Origin: an uncultured Acutalibacter sp.
GTDB lineage: Bacteria; Bacillota; Clostridia; Oscillospirales; Acutalibacteraceae
Direction: 5' to 3'
Length of the DNA stretch: 64,000 nt
Assembly: GCA_963559705.1 (NCBI GenBank)
Contig: CAUWLU010000006.1
Span: forward strand, 1,095-65,094
Part shown: positions 11,901 to 21,756 of the stretch, piece by piece
How the letters are laid out: each line of letters starts with the position of its first letter
How positions within the stretch are numbered: the stretch's first letter is position 1
Position numbers and translations under genes: made by a program
Notes under the pieces: model-generated
Told to the model about the DNA's origin: nothing
Database searches by the model: none
What the model saw: only the letters and a program-made list of their open reading frames with translations

Positions 11901-12621
11901 GCTTGCGGTAGATCTCAAACAGCGCCTCTTCCATGGTCTTGCAGGTATCCTTCTCGATGGTGGCACGCACTCTGTCGTCATCGCCAAAGTAGTTCAAGAT
12001 CTCCGTATCCGTGCCAAGACCCAGGCAGCGGATGAATACGGTGATGGGGATCTTGCGGTTTTTGTCGATGCGAACATAGAACACATCGTTGACATCGTTC
12101 TCGTACTCCAGCCATGCGCCCCGGTTGGGGATGATGGTGGAGGAGAACAATTCCTTTCCCGAGCGGTCATAGTCCATTTTGTAGTACACGCCAGGGGAAC
12201 GCACCAGCTGTGACACAATGACACGCTCGGCGCCGTTGATGACAAAGGTGCCGCTGGGCGTCATCAAGGGGAAATCGCCCATGAACACATCGGATTCCTT
12301 GATTTCGCCAGTCTCCTTGTTGAGCAGGCGCGCAGTCACCCGGAGGGCGGCAGCGTAAGTGGCATCCCGCTCCTTACATTCGGACACGCTGTAATTGGGC
12401 TTGTCGTCAAGCTTGTAATCCACAAAATCCAGGACCAGGTTGTTATTAAAATCCGTGATGCCGGAGACATCGTCGAAAACCTCTTTCAGGCCCTCTGTAA
12501 GGAACCACTGATAAGAGTTTTTCTGGACCTCGATGAGGTTCGGCATTTTCAGGACTTCCTCGATCTTGGCAAAGCTCATTCGAGTATTCTTGCCCAATTG
12601 AACCGGTTTCACATTCACCAT
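8902..12621 (-). CDS. rpoB: DNA-directed RNA polymerase subunit beta
   Basis: Conserved RpoB sequence throughout. I chose the start at ATG 12621 ([20 protein letters not shown]) because a GGAGTGG RBS lies 9 nt upstream. The track ORF extends to 12741. Confidence 0.95.
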   Translation of the reverse strand: MVNVKPVQLGKNTRMSFAKIEEVLKMPNLIEVQKNSYQWFLTEGLKEVFDDVSGITDFNNNLVLDFVDYKLDDKPNYSVSECKERDATYAAALRVTARLLNKETGEIKESDVFMGDFPLMTPSGTFVINGAERVIVSQLVRSPGVYYKMDYDRSGKELFSSTIIPNRGAWLEYENDVNDVFYVRIDKNRKIPITVFIRCLGLGTDTEILNYFGDDDRVRATIEKDTCKTMEEALFEIYRKLRPSEPPTIESAQAHINGLFFDPRRYDLSRVGRYKYNKKLRLEGRLVGQVLAQPVANPSTGEVMGEPGQTVTKEMADAMDDAGVTSVVVLLNEKEVKIISNGMVDIQKYVNFDAKKECGINERVCYRVLAEILETAQNDEELKEALRARRAELIPNHITVDDIFSTINYMNCLAVGLGTTDDIDHLGNRRIRSVGELLQNQFRIGFSRLERVIRERMTLQAQDLESLTPHSLINIRPVVAAIKEFFGSSPLSQFMDQTNPLSELTHKRRLSALGPGGLSRDRASFEVRDVHYTHYGRMCPIETPEGPNIGLISYLATFARINEYGFIEAPYRRVDKETGVVTDDVVYMTADQEDDFVVAQANEPLDEEGRFVHARVNGRHRDEFVEVPASQADYMDISPRMVVSVATAMIPFLENDDANRALMGSNMQKQAVPLLRTESPIVGTGMEYKAGVDSGVCVLAKRGGVVKSVSANLVRVTADNGDIDDYQIIKFMRSNQSTCINQVPVVSVGERVEEGAVIADGPAIKNGEISLGKNALIGFMTWEGYNYEDAVLLNEKIVREDVYTSIHIEEYEMEARDTKLGPEEITRDIPNVNEELLKDLDDRGIIRVGADVRAGDILVGKVTPKGETELTAEERLLRAIFGEKAREVRDTSLRVPHGEYGVVVDVKVFNREDSHDELSPGVNKVVRCYIAQKRKISVGDKMAGRHGNKGVVSRILPEEEMPFLPDGTPLDIVLNPLGVPSRMNIGQVLEVHLGMAARALGWKIMTPVFDGAHEADIRECFRMSGLSEDGKFWLRDGRTGEYFDNPVTVGYMYYLKLHHLVDDKIHARSTGPYSLVTQQPLGGKAQFGGQRFGEMEVWALEAYGAAYTLQEILTVKSDDVVGRVKTYEAIVKGQNIPKPGIPESFKVLIKELQSLSLDVKVLDKDNQEIDLKQNFDDDEDVGFRQVENEDPIFDERTVADNLDGYGVEDDEGNPLEEDSYTNDDYDEGFDSDDGDDSFL

Positions 12622-12836
12622 TTGGTTCAGCCACTCCAATCCATGATAGTTTTGAATTGCCGCAACTTCGAGGGAACCGCCGATTTCCCCGAAACTGCTT
12701 CCCGACGTGCTGGGTGAGAGCATTTTCCACAAAAAAATCACTTTTTTTCAATACGCACTTGATTCCTCTCGAACCATGTGCTATACTTTATCAAAATGAG
12801 CCAGGGATACTCCTACCCATGATTATGCAGTTTATT

Positions 12837-12865
12837 AGTATAATTCAACCACTCCTTTTTGTCAA
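12837..12865 (-). promoter_or_regulatory. sigma-A type promoter upstream of rpoB
   Basis: Minus strand has TTGACA (12865..12860), a 17-nt spacer and TATACT (12842..12837). This leaves roughly 210 nt of leader. Confidence 0.55.
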
Positions 12866-12965
12866 GTGGTTCTTGCAATCTTTTCAGCTTTTCTGGCGGA
12901 TTTTTCTTTTTTCCGGAAAAATGCCGAAAAAGGCACGGGACGTCCACCGTCCATCGTGCCTTTTT

Positions 12966-13394
12966 TTATGTTTCTGCCCCTTCCTCTTGACAGGCGCAAG
13001 GCTCTGGCGCGCAAATCATCGCAAAAGTGTAGGATTCCAGCTCACGCCGGACATCCTCTGAAATCTCCTCATAGATGCTGTGCAGACGGCAATGCGCCCG
13101 CCCGCAGCTGTACTCCTCCTTCTGGCACCGGCTGAGCATATAGGGCCCTTCCACCAGCTCGATCACCTGGCGCAGCGTGATCTCCTCCGGCGGCCTGGCC
13201 AAGGTGTACCCGCCCTTGGCGCCTTTAAACGAGCAGACCATTCCCTCCGTCACCAGCTCCCGCAGGATCTTCAGCGAGAACCGCAGGGGGATCTGCGTTT
13301 CCTCCGAAATCGTCCGGGCATCCCGACGCTCCGGATGCTTTGTCAAATACTCCACGATGCGGACAGCGTAATCCGCCTCTAAAGTCATCACCAT
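12966..13394 (-). CDS. Rrf2 family transcriptional regulator with a probable Fe-S-binding Cys triad
   Basis: N-terminal winged helix (ADYAVRIVEYL...ISEETQIPLRFSLKILRELV) and a Cys cluster C-x6-C-x4-C (SRCQKEEYSCGRAHC), as in IscR/NsrR-type Rrf2 proteins. Confidence 0.85.
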   Translation of the reverse strand: MVMTLEADYAVRIVEYLTKHPERRDARTISEETQIPLRFSLKILRELVTEGMVCSFKGAKGGYTLARPPEEITLRQVIELVEGPYMLSRCQKEEYSCGRAHCRLHSIYEEISEDVRRELESYTFAMICAPEPCACQEEGAET

Positions 13395-13422
13395 AAGCTT
13401 CGAAACTCCACGCTTTTCTGGA

Positions 13423-14520
13423 TCAATCCAGAAAATCCTTCAGCTTTTTGCTGCGGCTGGGATGGCGCAGCTTCCGCAGGGCTTTGGCCTCGATCTGCCG
13501 GATGCGTTCACGGGTCACCTTGAACTCCTTGCCCACCTCTTCCAAGGTGCGGGAGCGGCCGTCGTCCAGGCCGAACCGCAGGCGCAGCACTTCCCTCTCC
13601 CGCTCGGTGAGAGAATCCAGCACATTGTTGAGCGTCTCCTTGAGCAGCGTGTGGGAAGCCGCGTCCGCCGGGGCCGGAGCATCGTCGTCAGGGATAAAAT
13701 CTCCCAGATGGCTGTCCTCCTCCTCGCCGATGGGGGTCTCCAAGGAAACGGGCTCTTGGGCCACCCGCATGATCTCCCGCACCTTCTCCACGGGCATCTC
13801 CAACTCCTCGGCAACCTCCTCGGCGCTGGGCTCCCTGCCATTGGCGTGAAGCAGCTGAGAGGAAACCTTCTTCACCTTGTTGATGGTCTCCACCATGTGA
13901 ACCGGGATGCGGATGGTGCGCGCCTGGTCCGCGATGGCCCTGGTGATGGCCTGGCGAATCCACCAGGTGGCATACGTCGAGAACTTGAAGCCCTTGGTGT
14001 AATCAAACTTCTCCACAGCCTTGATCAGGCCCAGGTTGCCCTCCTGGATCAAATCCAAGAACTGCATCCCCCTGCCCAGATAGCGCTTGGCAATGCTGAC
14101 CACCAGACGAAGGTTGGCCTCGGACAGCCGCTTTTTCGCAGCCTCATCCCCATCGGAGATCCGCACTGCCAAGCTCACTTCTTCCTCGGGAGTGAGCAGC
14201 GGCACCCGGCCGATCTCCTTCAGGTAGACCTTCACAGGGTCGTCGATGGTGACGCCGTCGGCGCCCACGCCGGGCTCCAGAACATCCAAGCCCTCGGCCT
14301 TGGCAAGCTCGTCCTCGTCAATGGTGATATCGCCAAAATCATCCTCTACAATCTCCACACCCTGACTCTCCAGGGTGTCATAGAACTTCTCAATCTGCTC
14401 GGGGTCAAAGTCCAGCTCTCCCAAAGCGTCCAGGATCTCCTTGGTGGACAGCTGTCCCTTGCTTTTGCCCAGTTCCAGAAGGTCCTTGATCACGGTCTTT
14501 TTGTCCGGTTGTGCGGCCAT
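13423..14520 (-). CDS. sigA: RNA polymerase primary sigma factor
   Basis: Regions 2-4 are conserved ([37 protein letters not shown]). The start is ambiguous between ATGs at 14520 and 14532. The track ORF to 14580 is probably too long. Confidence 0.95.
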   Translation of the reverse strand: MAAQPDKKTVIKDLLELGKSKGQLSTKEILDALGELDFDPEQIEKFYDTLESQGVEIVEDDFGDITIDEDELAKAEGLDVLEPGVGADGVTIDDPVKVYLKEIGRVPLLTPEEEVSLAVRISDGDEAAKKRLSEANLRLVVSIAKRYLGRGMQFLDLIQEGNLGLIKAVEKFDYTKGFKFSTYATWWIRQAITRAIADQARTIRIPVHMVETINKVKKVSSQLLHANGREPSAEEVAEELEMPVEKVREIMRVAQEPVSLETPIGEEEDSHLGDFIPDDDAPAPADAASHTLLKETLNNVLDSLTEREREVLRLRFGLDDGRSRTLEEVGKEFKVTRERIRQIEAKALRKLRHPSRSKKLKDFLD

Positions 14521-14621
14521 ATTGTTTACCATTCCTTTCTCGCGTCCAGAGCAGCGCGATTCCCATATGAAACTCAGCACCGGAGGCCGGATGCAGCCTG
14601 CCCGCCGCTGAGGATCTTGCT

Positions 14622-16379
14622 TTATTTTCGATTCTTCAGTTCTTCCAGATAACGCCGCAGATCCTCCGGCGTGGCGTCCTTCAGCTTCTCCGGGGTCCCC
14701 AGGGCCTCGTTTTCTATGATCCTACAAAAGCTTTCCACATCCTCCCAAGAGGGCGGGACCTCCCGGCGCTCTACCAAGACCCGGCTCAGCTCGGAAAGCT
14801 CGTCAGAGGTCAGCTCCTCCGCCATTTCGCTGAGAGTTGTCTCGCCCTGCTTAGTTTTGCCCAGCAGCAGAGTATATACTCGGCGCCCCCAGGGTGTGAT
14901 CCACTTTTCCGGCGGCAGACGCTGCTCCAGCGCCTCCACGCGGTCCTGATTGCGGAACAGATAGGCCAGGATCCCCTCCTCAGCCAAGGCCGCCCGCATG
15001 TGGCGCTTTTTCTCAGGGTTTGCCACTGTGCGGGAGGCGACTACCTCCTGTTGGGCGCGAACCTCCTCCCGCCTGCGCTGCCGCGCCGCTTGGGAGGCCG
15101 CCCGCTGCGCGGAGGCCATGATGCTCTCCTTCCCCACACCGGTTTCCGCAGAAAGCTTGCCCGCATAGACGTCCAATTCAATTTGATCCCGCAGCGTGCC
15201 CAACACCTGCGCCACGGCTTCCTGCAGATACTGCTTTTTGCCGTCCTCCGCGGTCAGGTCATACTTGGCTCGCACCACAGACAAGCGGTACTCCGTGTCG
15301 TTGCCGCTCTCTTGGATCAGGCGTTTGAAGCGGGTCACCCCGTCCTTGGGATCGGAGCGGAAGAACTCATCCGGGTCTTTATTCCCAGGCACTGTGATCA
15401 CCCGCACCTGCAAGCCGGCGTCTTTCAAAAGAGGAATGGCCCGCTGGGTGGCTCTGCGCCCTGCCTGGTCGGAATCGTAGCAGATCACGACCTCCTTGGC
15501 ATAGCGCCGCATCACCCTGGCCTGCTCCTCTGTCAGCGCTGTGCCCAAAGTGGCGATGGCGTTGGAAAAACCCGCCCGGTGCAGCGCAATCACATCCATA
15601 TATCCCTCCGCCAAAATCAACTGGCCGGAATTGGCGTTTTTGGCAAAATTCAGGGCAAACAGCCCGCTGCCCTTATGATACACCGGCGTGTCCGAAGTAT
15701 TGATGTATTTGGGCGTCCCATCCCCCAGGACCCGGCCTCCAAAGGCCACCACATTTCCCCGCAGATCAATGATGGGAAACATGACCCGGTTCCGATAGCG
15801 GTCGTAGAGGTTCCCGTTTTTCGACAGCCGCACCATATCCGACTGCAGCAGCTCGTCCTTGGTATAGCCCAAGCCCCGCAGGTGGTTTGTCAGCGCAAAG
15901 CCGTTGTCAGGAGCATACCCCAATCCAAAATGGCGGATGGTCTTGGGGCCCAGCCCGCGAGACTTGAAGTAGTCAAGACCCGCTTTCCCCTCCGGCGTGG
16001 ACAGGGCGCCAAAGTAGAAGCGCCCGGACTCCCGGTTGATCTCCAAAATCCGGGTGCGCAGCCGGGACATGGAAAAGTCCCCGCCCTCCTCCGGCAGCGT
16101 CATGCCGGACCGCTGAGCCAGCAGCTTGACCGCTTCCGCAAAATCCAGGTTTTCCACACCCATAATAAAGGAGATCACGTCCCCGCCTTTATTGCATCCA
16201 AAGCAATAAAAGGAATTGTTCTCTGGATAGACCACAAAGGACGGCGTTTTTTCGTTATGGAAGGGACACAGACCCAGCAGATTCTTTCCCCGCCTGCGCA
16301 AATTCACATAAGGAGCCGCCACATCCTCGATGCGGTTGCGCTCCCCAAGCTCACGCAGAAATTCAGGCGGAAACGGCAT
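14622..16379 (-). CDS. dnaG: DNA primase
   Basis: Zinc-ribbon [25 protein letters not shown], a Toprim EGYMDV motif, and a position immediately upstream of sigA. Confidence 0.95.
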   Translation of the reverse strand: MPFPPEFLRELGERNRIEDVAAPYVNLRRRGKNLLGLCPFHNEKTPSFVVYPENNSFYCFGCNKGGDVISFIMGVENLDFAEAVKLLAQRSGMTLPEEGGDFSMSRLRTRILEINRESGRFYFGALSTPEGKAGLDYFKSRGLGPKTIRHFGLGYAPDNGFALTNHLRGLGYTKDELLQSDMVRLSKNGNLYDRYRNRVMFPIIDLRGNVVAFGGRVLGDGTPKYINTSDTPVYHKGSGLFALNFAKNANSGQLILAEGYMDVIALHRAGFSNAIATLGTALTEEQARVMRRYAKEVVICYDSDQAGRRATQRAIPLLKDAGLQVRVITVPGNKDPDEFFRSDPKDGVTRFKRLIQESGNDTEYRLSVVRAKYDLTAEDGKKQYLQEAVAQVLGTLRDQIELDVYAGKLSAETGVGKESIMASAQRAASQAARQRRREEVRAQQEVVASRTVANPEKKRHMRAALAEEGILAYLFRNQDRVEALEQRLPPEKWITPWGRRVYTLLLGKTKQGETTLSEMAEELTSDELSELSRVLVERREVPPSWEDVESFCRIIENEALGTPEKLKDATPEDLRRYLEELKNRK

Positions 16380-16400
16380 TCTGGTCCCTCCAATCCAAAA

Positions 16401-17408
16401 TCAGCTGCCTACCCCCAGATTCCACGCCTTGGGGATAAAAAGCTCCTGATAACAGGCGACGGCATAATGATCCGTCATGCCTGCAACATAATCGCAGGAG
16501 GCTGTCTCTACGCCCTCCTCCTCCGCAATCTTTCTCATATACTCCGGCAGATTGTCCGGATTCCGAAAATGCAGGAACAGCGCTTGAATGATGTTGGGCA
16601 CCTTCCGCTCTTCCTTCTTCGCGTACTCGTTCAGGTACACTGCCTTGTACATAAAATCGCTGAGCTCTTCATAGGCGCCATAGGTTTCCGAATCCATGGC
16701 AATGGTCCCGTCATGGCTGTTCTCCACCACCGAGCGAATCAGTGAGGTAATCCGTTTTGCCTTGGTATTCCCCAGCACTCCGGTGATGGACTTGGGAATC
16801 TCCTCTTCCCGCAGCACACCCGCCCGAATGGCGTCGTCAATATCATGATTCATATAGGCGATCTTATCTGCCCAGCGGATGATCCGCCCCTCGGCCGTAA
16901 CCGCCTCCATACCCGTAGTATGGCACAGAATCCCGTTGCGCACCTCATAAGTAAGGTTCAGCCCCCGGCCATCCTTTTCCAGCCGCTCCACCACCCGCAG
17001 GCTCTGCTCGTAATGGCGGAAGCCATGGGGCAGCAGGGCGTTCAGCGCCCGTTCACCGGCATGGCCAAAGGGCGTGTGGCCCAAATCGTGAGCCAGGGCC
17101 ACGGCTTCCGTCAAATCCTCATTGAGGCGCAGCGCTCTGGCAATGGTGCGCGCGATCTGGGAAACCTCCAGCGTGTGGGTGAGCCGCGTGCGGTAATGAT
17201 CCCCTTCCGGAGAAAGGAACACCTGGGTCTTGTGCTTCAGCCGCCGGAACGACTTGCAGTGAATGATCCTGTCTCGATCCCGCTGATAGGGAGTGCGCAT
17301 TTCACACTCCTCCTCCGGGCGCTGGCGGCCCCTGGTCTCACTGGAATACGCCGCCCACGGCGCAAACATTTCCCGTTCCATCTGCTGAGTCTGTTCTCGG
17401 ATGGTCAT
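16401..17408 (-). CDS. HD-domain deoxyguanosinetriphosphate triphosphohydrolase-like protein
   Basis: Contains HTLEVSQIARTIA...AHDLGHTPFGH HD motifs. The start is taken at the ATG giving MTIREQ; the track ORF begins at an upstream GTG at 17456. Confidence 0.85.
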   Translation of the reverse strand: MTIREQTQQMEREMFAPWAAYSSETRGRQRPEEECEMRTPYQRDRDRIIHCKSFRRLKHKTQVFLSPEGDHYRTRLTHTLEVSQIARTIARALRLNEDLTEAVALAHDLGHTPFGHAGERALNALLPHGFRHYEQSLRVVERLEKDGRGLNLTYEVRNGILCHTTGMEAVTAEGRIIRWADKIAYMNHDIDDAIRAGVLREEEIPKSITGVLGNTKAKRITSLIRSVVENSHDGTIAMDSETYGAYEELSDFMYKAVYLNEYAKKEERKVPNIIQALFLHFRNPDNLPEYMRKIAEEEGVETASCDYVAGMTDHYAVACYQELFIPKAWNLGVGS

Positions 17409-17558
17409 AAAGCTTCCACACCCTTTCCCATTCCACAAGCCTTCGTTCTCCTGCACCTTGTTAATCGGGCAGTTAGAACGCCTGCTGATTCCAAATCTGT
17501 CCTTATATTTGCTATACGCTTTTTTCTGCAGAATTACTTGCGGCCCAAGAAAATTTTT

Positions 17559-18188
17559 TCACTTTTCCAGGGGGAAGGGGAAAAACCGCTTTCCCACCTC
17601 CTGCACGGCACAGCGGCCGCCGGTGGCGTCGGCAAGGCGCTTTTCCAGCGCCGGCAGCTTTTCCGGCTCCAGATGGAAGGAGAGAGCGACTCTCTCCAAA
17701 AACTCGGTGTCATCCACCACGCCGCCCAATTCCGGAATGAGCCCCGCCGCTTTTCCGTACAGGGAGTAATCGCAGGAGACGGACAGCAGCAGGCACTCCC
17801 GCATGATGATCTTTTTTGCCGCCGCCAACGCGATGGACGCCGTGTGGGAATAGGCGCGGATCAACCCGCCCCCGCCCAACAGAATCCCGCCGAAATACCG
17901 GGTGGCCACCACCACTGCGTCCACCACCCCGGCCTTCTTCAGGGTATCTATCACAGGAATCCCTGCGGTGCCCTGAGGCTCTCCATCGTCTGAGAAGCGC
18001 TGGATATTCCCCTCCCGCAGTATATAGGCATACACGTTGTGGCTGGCATCCCAATTTTGACTTTTCAGCCGGGCGATAAACTCCAAAGCCTCCTCCTCGG
18101 TCTTTACCGGGCGGCAGGCGCCGATAAAACGGGATTTTTTCTCCACAAACTCGTCGGCGGCTTCTCTTTCCACGGTGACGTACTCCAT
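17559..18188 (-). CDS. YigZ / IMPACT family protein
   Basis: MEYVTVEREAADEFVEKKSRFIGA... is a typical YigZ N-terminus. A GGAAAGGGGAGGG RBS precedes ATG 18188. The longer track ORF (to 18380) would overlap rpmE. Confidence 0.85.
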   Translation of the reverse strand: MEYVTVEREAADEFVEKKSRFIGACRPVKTEEEALEFIARLKSQNWDASHNVYAYILREGNIQRFSDDGEPQGTAGIPVIDTLKKAGVVDAVVVATRYFGGILLGGGGLIRAYSHTASIALAAAKKIIMRECLLLSVSCDYSLYGKAAGLIPELGGVVDDTEFLERVALSFHLEPEKLPALEKRLADATGGRCAVQEVGKRFFPFPLEK

Positions 18189-18277
18189 TGCCCTCCCCTT
18201 TCCGCTGAAAACAAAGACAGGCGGCGCGAAACCGCACCGCCCATCCCGAGGCACAAGGCCCGCTATTGTGTCAGACA

Positions 18278-18484
18278 TTACTTGCCCTGCAGACCGTAAC
18301 GCTTCTTGAACATATCCACGCGGCCGCTGGTATCCACCAGCTTCTGCTTGCCCGTAAAGAACGGGTGGCACTTGGAACATATTTCGACTTTGATGTCCTT
18401 CTTGGTAGACCGGGTGTGAATCACGTTGCCGCAGGCGCAGGTGATGGTGGTCTCCTGATAGTCGGGATGTATATTCTGCTTCAT
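18278..18484 (-). CDS. rpmE: 50S ribosomal protein L31
   Basis: 68 aa, MKQNIHPDY...CxC...[13 protein letters not shown], the zinc-binding type. Confidence 0.95.
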   Translation of the reverse strand: MKQNIHPDYQETTITCACGNVIHTRSTKKDIKVEICSKCHPFFTGKQKLVDTSGRVDMFKKRYGLQGK

Positions 18485-18593
18485 CTTCGTTTCACCTCTT
18501 TACGGTTTGGAAGTTTCAAATCAATCGCAAGATATTGTAGCACACTCTTACCAAAAATGCAAGAGAAAGTTTTTTCTTTTTCCTGGGAAATCC

Positions 18594-19484
18594 TTACCCC
18601 TGGCTGGCAAGGTAGCTGATGTACTCCTCCAAGCACATGGAGCGCTGCTGCATGGCCGTGGCATTTTCACTGCCCACATACCGCAGCACGGTCAGATCCT
18701 CCTCGCAGCCAGTGTAATCCTCTCCGCCCTCCGGCCAGCGGAAAACAAACCCGTATTTCCCCATATTCGTCCGCAGCCAGGAGCAGGTCTTGGAATCTGC
18801 GAAGGTATCCGGGTTCGCGTCCACCCGAACGCACAGCCCGGTTTGCAGGTCGCACTCCCCGGCCATGGGCACCTCCAGCCGCGCCTGGGTTCTGGCCATC
18901 ACAGTGGTCAGCCCCTCCTGCTCCATCAGCTGCGTCACTTTCTCCTCATAGCGCTGCTGCTGGGCCTCATAGGAGACATACCCCTCTGTGAACACCAGGG
19001 CCAGCCCATCCTCCTTGGCCGCCTCCACCATCCGGTTCAGGGCGTTGACAACATGGGCCTCCACCTGGACGCCCTGGGCTTCCACAAGATTGGGTGTATA
19101 GGAGGCGTCCTGGGGCTCGTTTTGATTGATGACAAACAGGCTTACATCGTCGCTGTACACAGGCAGTCCCATGCTGTTATAGGACGGGATCTCCACCTGA
19201 CTTTGCAGCCCCCCTCCCTCCAGCCGAGAGCTGCTGGAGGTGTCGATGCGCATTTCCACTTGAAAATAGGGCACTAAATAAAACGCAACAAAAAAGCCGA
19301 ATCCCACTGCGACGGCTAAAACCCCCAGAACGATCACAGCGTTCATCCCCAATTTGATCCGCCGCGCCTGGCGGGATTGCCGCTGCTTGTCCCGAGAGAT
19401 GAACAGGTTGCGCCCCGCAGGGCCGATATCAATCCGGTGGTCCGTCCGGCTGAGGACCACCCGCTTTCCCCGGTTTCTAGGCAA
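18594..19484 (-). CDS. membrane-anchored VanY / M15B D-Ala-D-Ala carboxypeptidase-like protein, apparently missing its zinc ligands
   Basis: N-terminal TM helix (NAVIVLGVLAVAVGFGFFVAFYLV). The C-terminal domain aligns to the VanY core (QTGL, KYGFVFRWP, LRYVG), but the H/D/H positions read L/R/V. The TTG start at 19484 is uncertain. Confidence 0.7.
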   Translation of the reverse strand: MPRNRGKRVVLSRTDHRIDIGPAGRNLFISRDKQRQSRQARRIKLGMNAVIVLGVLAVAVGFGFFVAFYLVPYFQVEMRIDTSSSSRLEGGGLQSQVEIPSYNSMGLPVYSDDVSLFVINQNEPQDASYTPNLVEAQGVQVEAHVVNALNRMVEAAKEDGLALVFTEGYVSYEAQQQRYEEKVTQLMEQEGLTTVMARTQARLEVPMAGECDLQTGLCVRVDANPDTFADSKTCSWLRTNMGKYGFVFRWPEGGEDYTGCEEDLTVLRYVGSENATAMQQRSMCLEEYISYLASQG

Positions 19485-19594
19485 TATGTTCCCTCACAAT
19501 CTATCCGCAAGCCCCTGAGGGCGATTTTTTCTACCAGCTTATTATACACAAGTTCCCGAAAAAAAGAAACAGGGAAATGAAAACTCTTTTGCGC

Positions 19595-19624
19595 AAAACA
19601 AAAACGCCCCGGTTGCCCGGAGCG
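19595..19624 (-). terminator. rho-independent terminator after the aminopeptidase gene
   Basis: Minus strand reads CGCTCCGG-GCAA-CCGGGGCG (one mismatch) followed by TTTTTGTTTTG. Confidence 0.6.
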
Positions 19625-19647
19625 CTTTCCCTTGGCAGAGCCTCGCC

Positions 19648-21060
19648 TTATTTTGCCTCGAAATAAGCCTTAAAGCCCTTGTATGCCATATACACATCCA
19701 GCTTGGAGACCACCTCGAAGGGAGCGTGCATGGAGAGCACCGGCACACCCACGTCGATGACGTCCACATTCATGCGGGCGATGTCCAAGGCCACGGTGCC
19801 GCCGCCGCCCTGGTCCACCTTGCCCAGCTCGCCGATCTGCCACAGGACCTCATTGTCGTCAAAAACCCTGCGGACCTCAGCCACAAACTCAGCATTGGCA
19901 TCGTTGGAGCCGCTCTTCCCGCGGGCCCCGGTGTACTTGGCGACGCCCACGCCCCGGTTCAGATAGCAGGAGTTGCCCGCTTCATAAGCAGAGGCATAAT
20001 TGGGGTCATACGCTGCCGTGACGTCTGCGGACAGGCAGGTGGACTTGGAGTACACATGGCGCACCTTCAAGCCCTCTGCTTCGGCCAAATCCTCCACAAA
20101 GTAGTTGAGAAACTCAGAGCAAAGGCCAGTGTTGCCCACGCTGCCGATCTCCTCTTTGTCGGCCAGCACAGAGATGCAGGTGTGCTCGGGGGCCTCGCAC
20201 TTGAAGATCGCTTCCAGGATGGGATATGCGCTGACGCGGTCGTCATGGCCGTAAGCGCCCACCATGCTGCGGTCAAAGCCGATATCCACCGCTTTGAAGG
20301 CAGGCACAAAGCACAGCTCGGCAGAGATCAAATCGCCCTCCACAATGCCGTACTTGTCATGAAGGAGCTTCATGACGTTGAGCTTGAACAGCTGATCGCC
20401 CTCAGCGTCAGCCAAGGGCAGGCTGCCCGCCAGCACGTTGAGATCCTCGCCGGTGAAGGCCTCGCCCAATTTCTTCACCGCCTGATCCTTGCCCAGATGG
20501 GGCAGGATATCGGTGATGGTGAACTGGGGCTCGCCCTCCTGTTCGCCCACACGCACAGTGATCTCCTCGCCGTCCCTGCGGACGATCTTCCCATGAAGGG
20601 CCAGGGGCATGGCGACCCACTGGTACTTCTTAATGCCGCCGTAATAGTGGGTCTTCAGCATGGCCAGCTCATTGGACTCATACAGCGGAATGGGCTTTAA
20701 GTCAATGCGGGGATTGTCGATGTGAGCGGCGCAGATCCGTGCGCCGTGCTTCAGGCCCTTCTTGCCGATGACCGCCAGGCACATCGCCTTGCCGCGGTTG
20801 TTGTAATAGACCTTATCCTCAGCCTTATACTTCTTGTCGGGGTCAAACTCCTGGAAGCCCTGGGCCTCGGCGGCTTTCACAGCCCAGGTCACAGCCTCGC
20901 GCTCTGTCTTGGCCTCGTCCAGGAAGGCCTTGTAGCCCTCGCAGAACTTGAACGCCTTCTCCACAGCCTTGGCGCCGGCCTTCTCAGAGCCGTGGGTTTT
21001 GTCATTGAGAAGCTCTTTTGCCAGCTCCTTAGCATCGATCTTATCAGCTTTTTTGGACAT
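19648..21060 (-). CDS. M18 family aminopeptidase
   Basis: 470-aa ORF with M18-like blocks (AAHIDNPRIDLK, GHDDRVSAY, LADKEEIGS, VPVLSMHAPFE). Confidence 0.85.
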   Translation of the reverse strand: MSKKADKIDAKELAKELLNDKTHGSEKAGAKAVEKAFKFCEGYKAFLDEAKTEREAVTWAVKAAEAQGFQEFDPDKKYKAEDKVYYNNRGKAMCLAVIGKKGLKHGARICAAHIDNPRIDLKPIPLYESNELAMLKTHYYGGIKKYQWVAMPLALHGKIVRRDGEEITVRVGEQEGEPQFTITDILPHLGKDQAVKKLGEAFTGEDLNVLAGSLPLADAEGDQLFKLNVMKLLHDKYGIVEGDLISAELCFVPAFKAVDIGFDRSMVGAYGHDDRVSAYPILEAIFKCEAPEHTCISVLADKEEIGSVGNTGLCSEFLNYFVEDLAEAEGLKVRHVYSKSTCLSADVTAAYDPNYASAYEAGNSCYLNRGVGVAKYTGARGKSGSNDANAEFVAEVRRVFDDNEVLWQIGELGKVDQGGGGTVALDIARMNVDVIDVGVPVLSMHAPFEVVSKLDVYMAYKGFKAYFEAK

Positions 21061-21189
21061 TGGTTTTTGCCTCCTGTCAATTTATGGCTTTGGCGGGTCC
21101 TCCCGCCGGTTGTTTCCCGGATGAAAGCCTCCTTGGGAAAGGCCCTCTCTACTCTAGCACGAATTTTGTCAAAATGCAACGGCTTCCCC

Positions 21190-21756
21190 TTACTCCGGAT
21201 AAAGCTTTGCATACCTCTCATAGGCCCGCCGGACTTTTTTTACATAGGCGTCTGTTTCCGGATAGGGAATGGTGTGCAGCGTCTCCCCATCGCGGGAATA
21301 CTCCTGACTGCCCAGCCACTGGGACACATTCCCCATCCCTGCATTGTAGGCTGCCAGCGCCACATCCACGCTGCCATATTGATCCAGCAGCAGCCTGAGC
21401 AGCGCGCAACCGCAATGGATGTTCGCTTGGGGATCGTACACGCCGGCACCGGGGTCCTCAGGAGGATACAGTGAGGCGATCCAGTCAAAGGTCCCTTGGG
21501 TCAGCTGCATCAGCCCCATAGCGTCCGCATGGGAGCGGGCTTCCGGATCAAAGCCGCTCTCCGTCTTGATGACCGCAAAGACCAAATCCGGGTCTAACTG
21601 GAATTCGGCAGCCTCCTGCTCCACCAGCTGCGCGTAACGCTGGGGATATAGGAACAGCAGCACTCTCTCCCACAGCTTGGGCCCGAACAGCGTTCCTGCC
21701 GCGATCAGAAGCACTGCCGCGACCAGGCAGGTCAAACACCCTTTTCTCATAGGCAA
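21190..21756 (-). CDS. lytic transglycosylase (SLT domain), membrane anchored
   Basis: N-terminal hydrophobic anchor. SLT catalytic block VIKTESGFDPEARSHADAMGLMQLT and AAYNAG. Confidence 0.85.
   Translation of the reverse strand: MPMRKGCLTCLVAAVLLIAAGTLFGPKLWERVLLFLYPQRYAQLVEQEAAEFQLDPDLVFAVIKTESGFDPEARSHADAMGLMQLTQGTFDWIASLYPPEDPGAGVYDPQANIHCGCALLRLLLDQYGSVDVALAAYNAGMGNVSQWLGSQEYSRDGETLHTIPYPETDAYVKKVRRAYERYAKLYPE

Noticed and set aside
4950-12213. Very long plus-strand ORFs (4950..9176, 1408 aa; 8779..12213, 1144 aa) antisense to rpoC and rpoB.
   Set aside because: The minus strand encodes unmistakable RpoC and RpoB. The antisense products are low-complexity (Leu/Arg/Gly/His/Ala/Val-rich) with no recognisable motifs. 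High GC3 in the real frame suppresses stop codons on the opposite strand. The same explanation covers 654..1649, 1796..3802, 13462..14652, 15000..16745, 33568..35514, 35563..36639, 39905..41104, 44484..45938, 46199..47224, 51249..52748, 53918..55234, 57460..59952, 59956..60801 and 60820..62580.
18189-18380. N-terminal extension of the YigZ ORF (track start 18380) overlapping rpmE.
   Set aside because: The conserved YigZ sequence and a strong RBS begin at 18188. The extension would overlap the L31 gene by ~100 nt in another frame.
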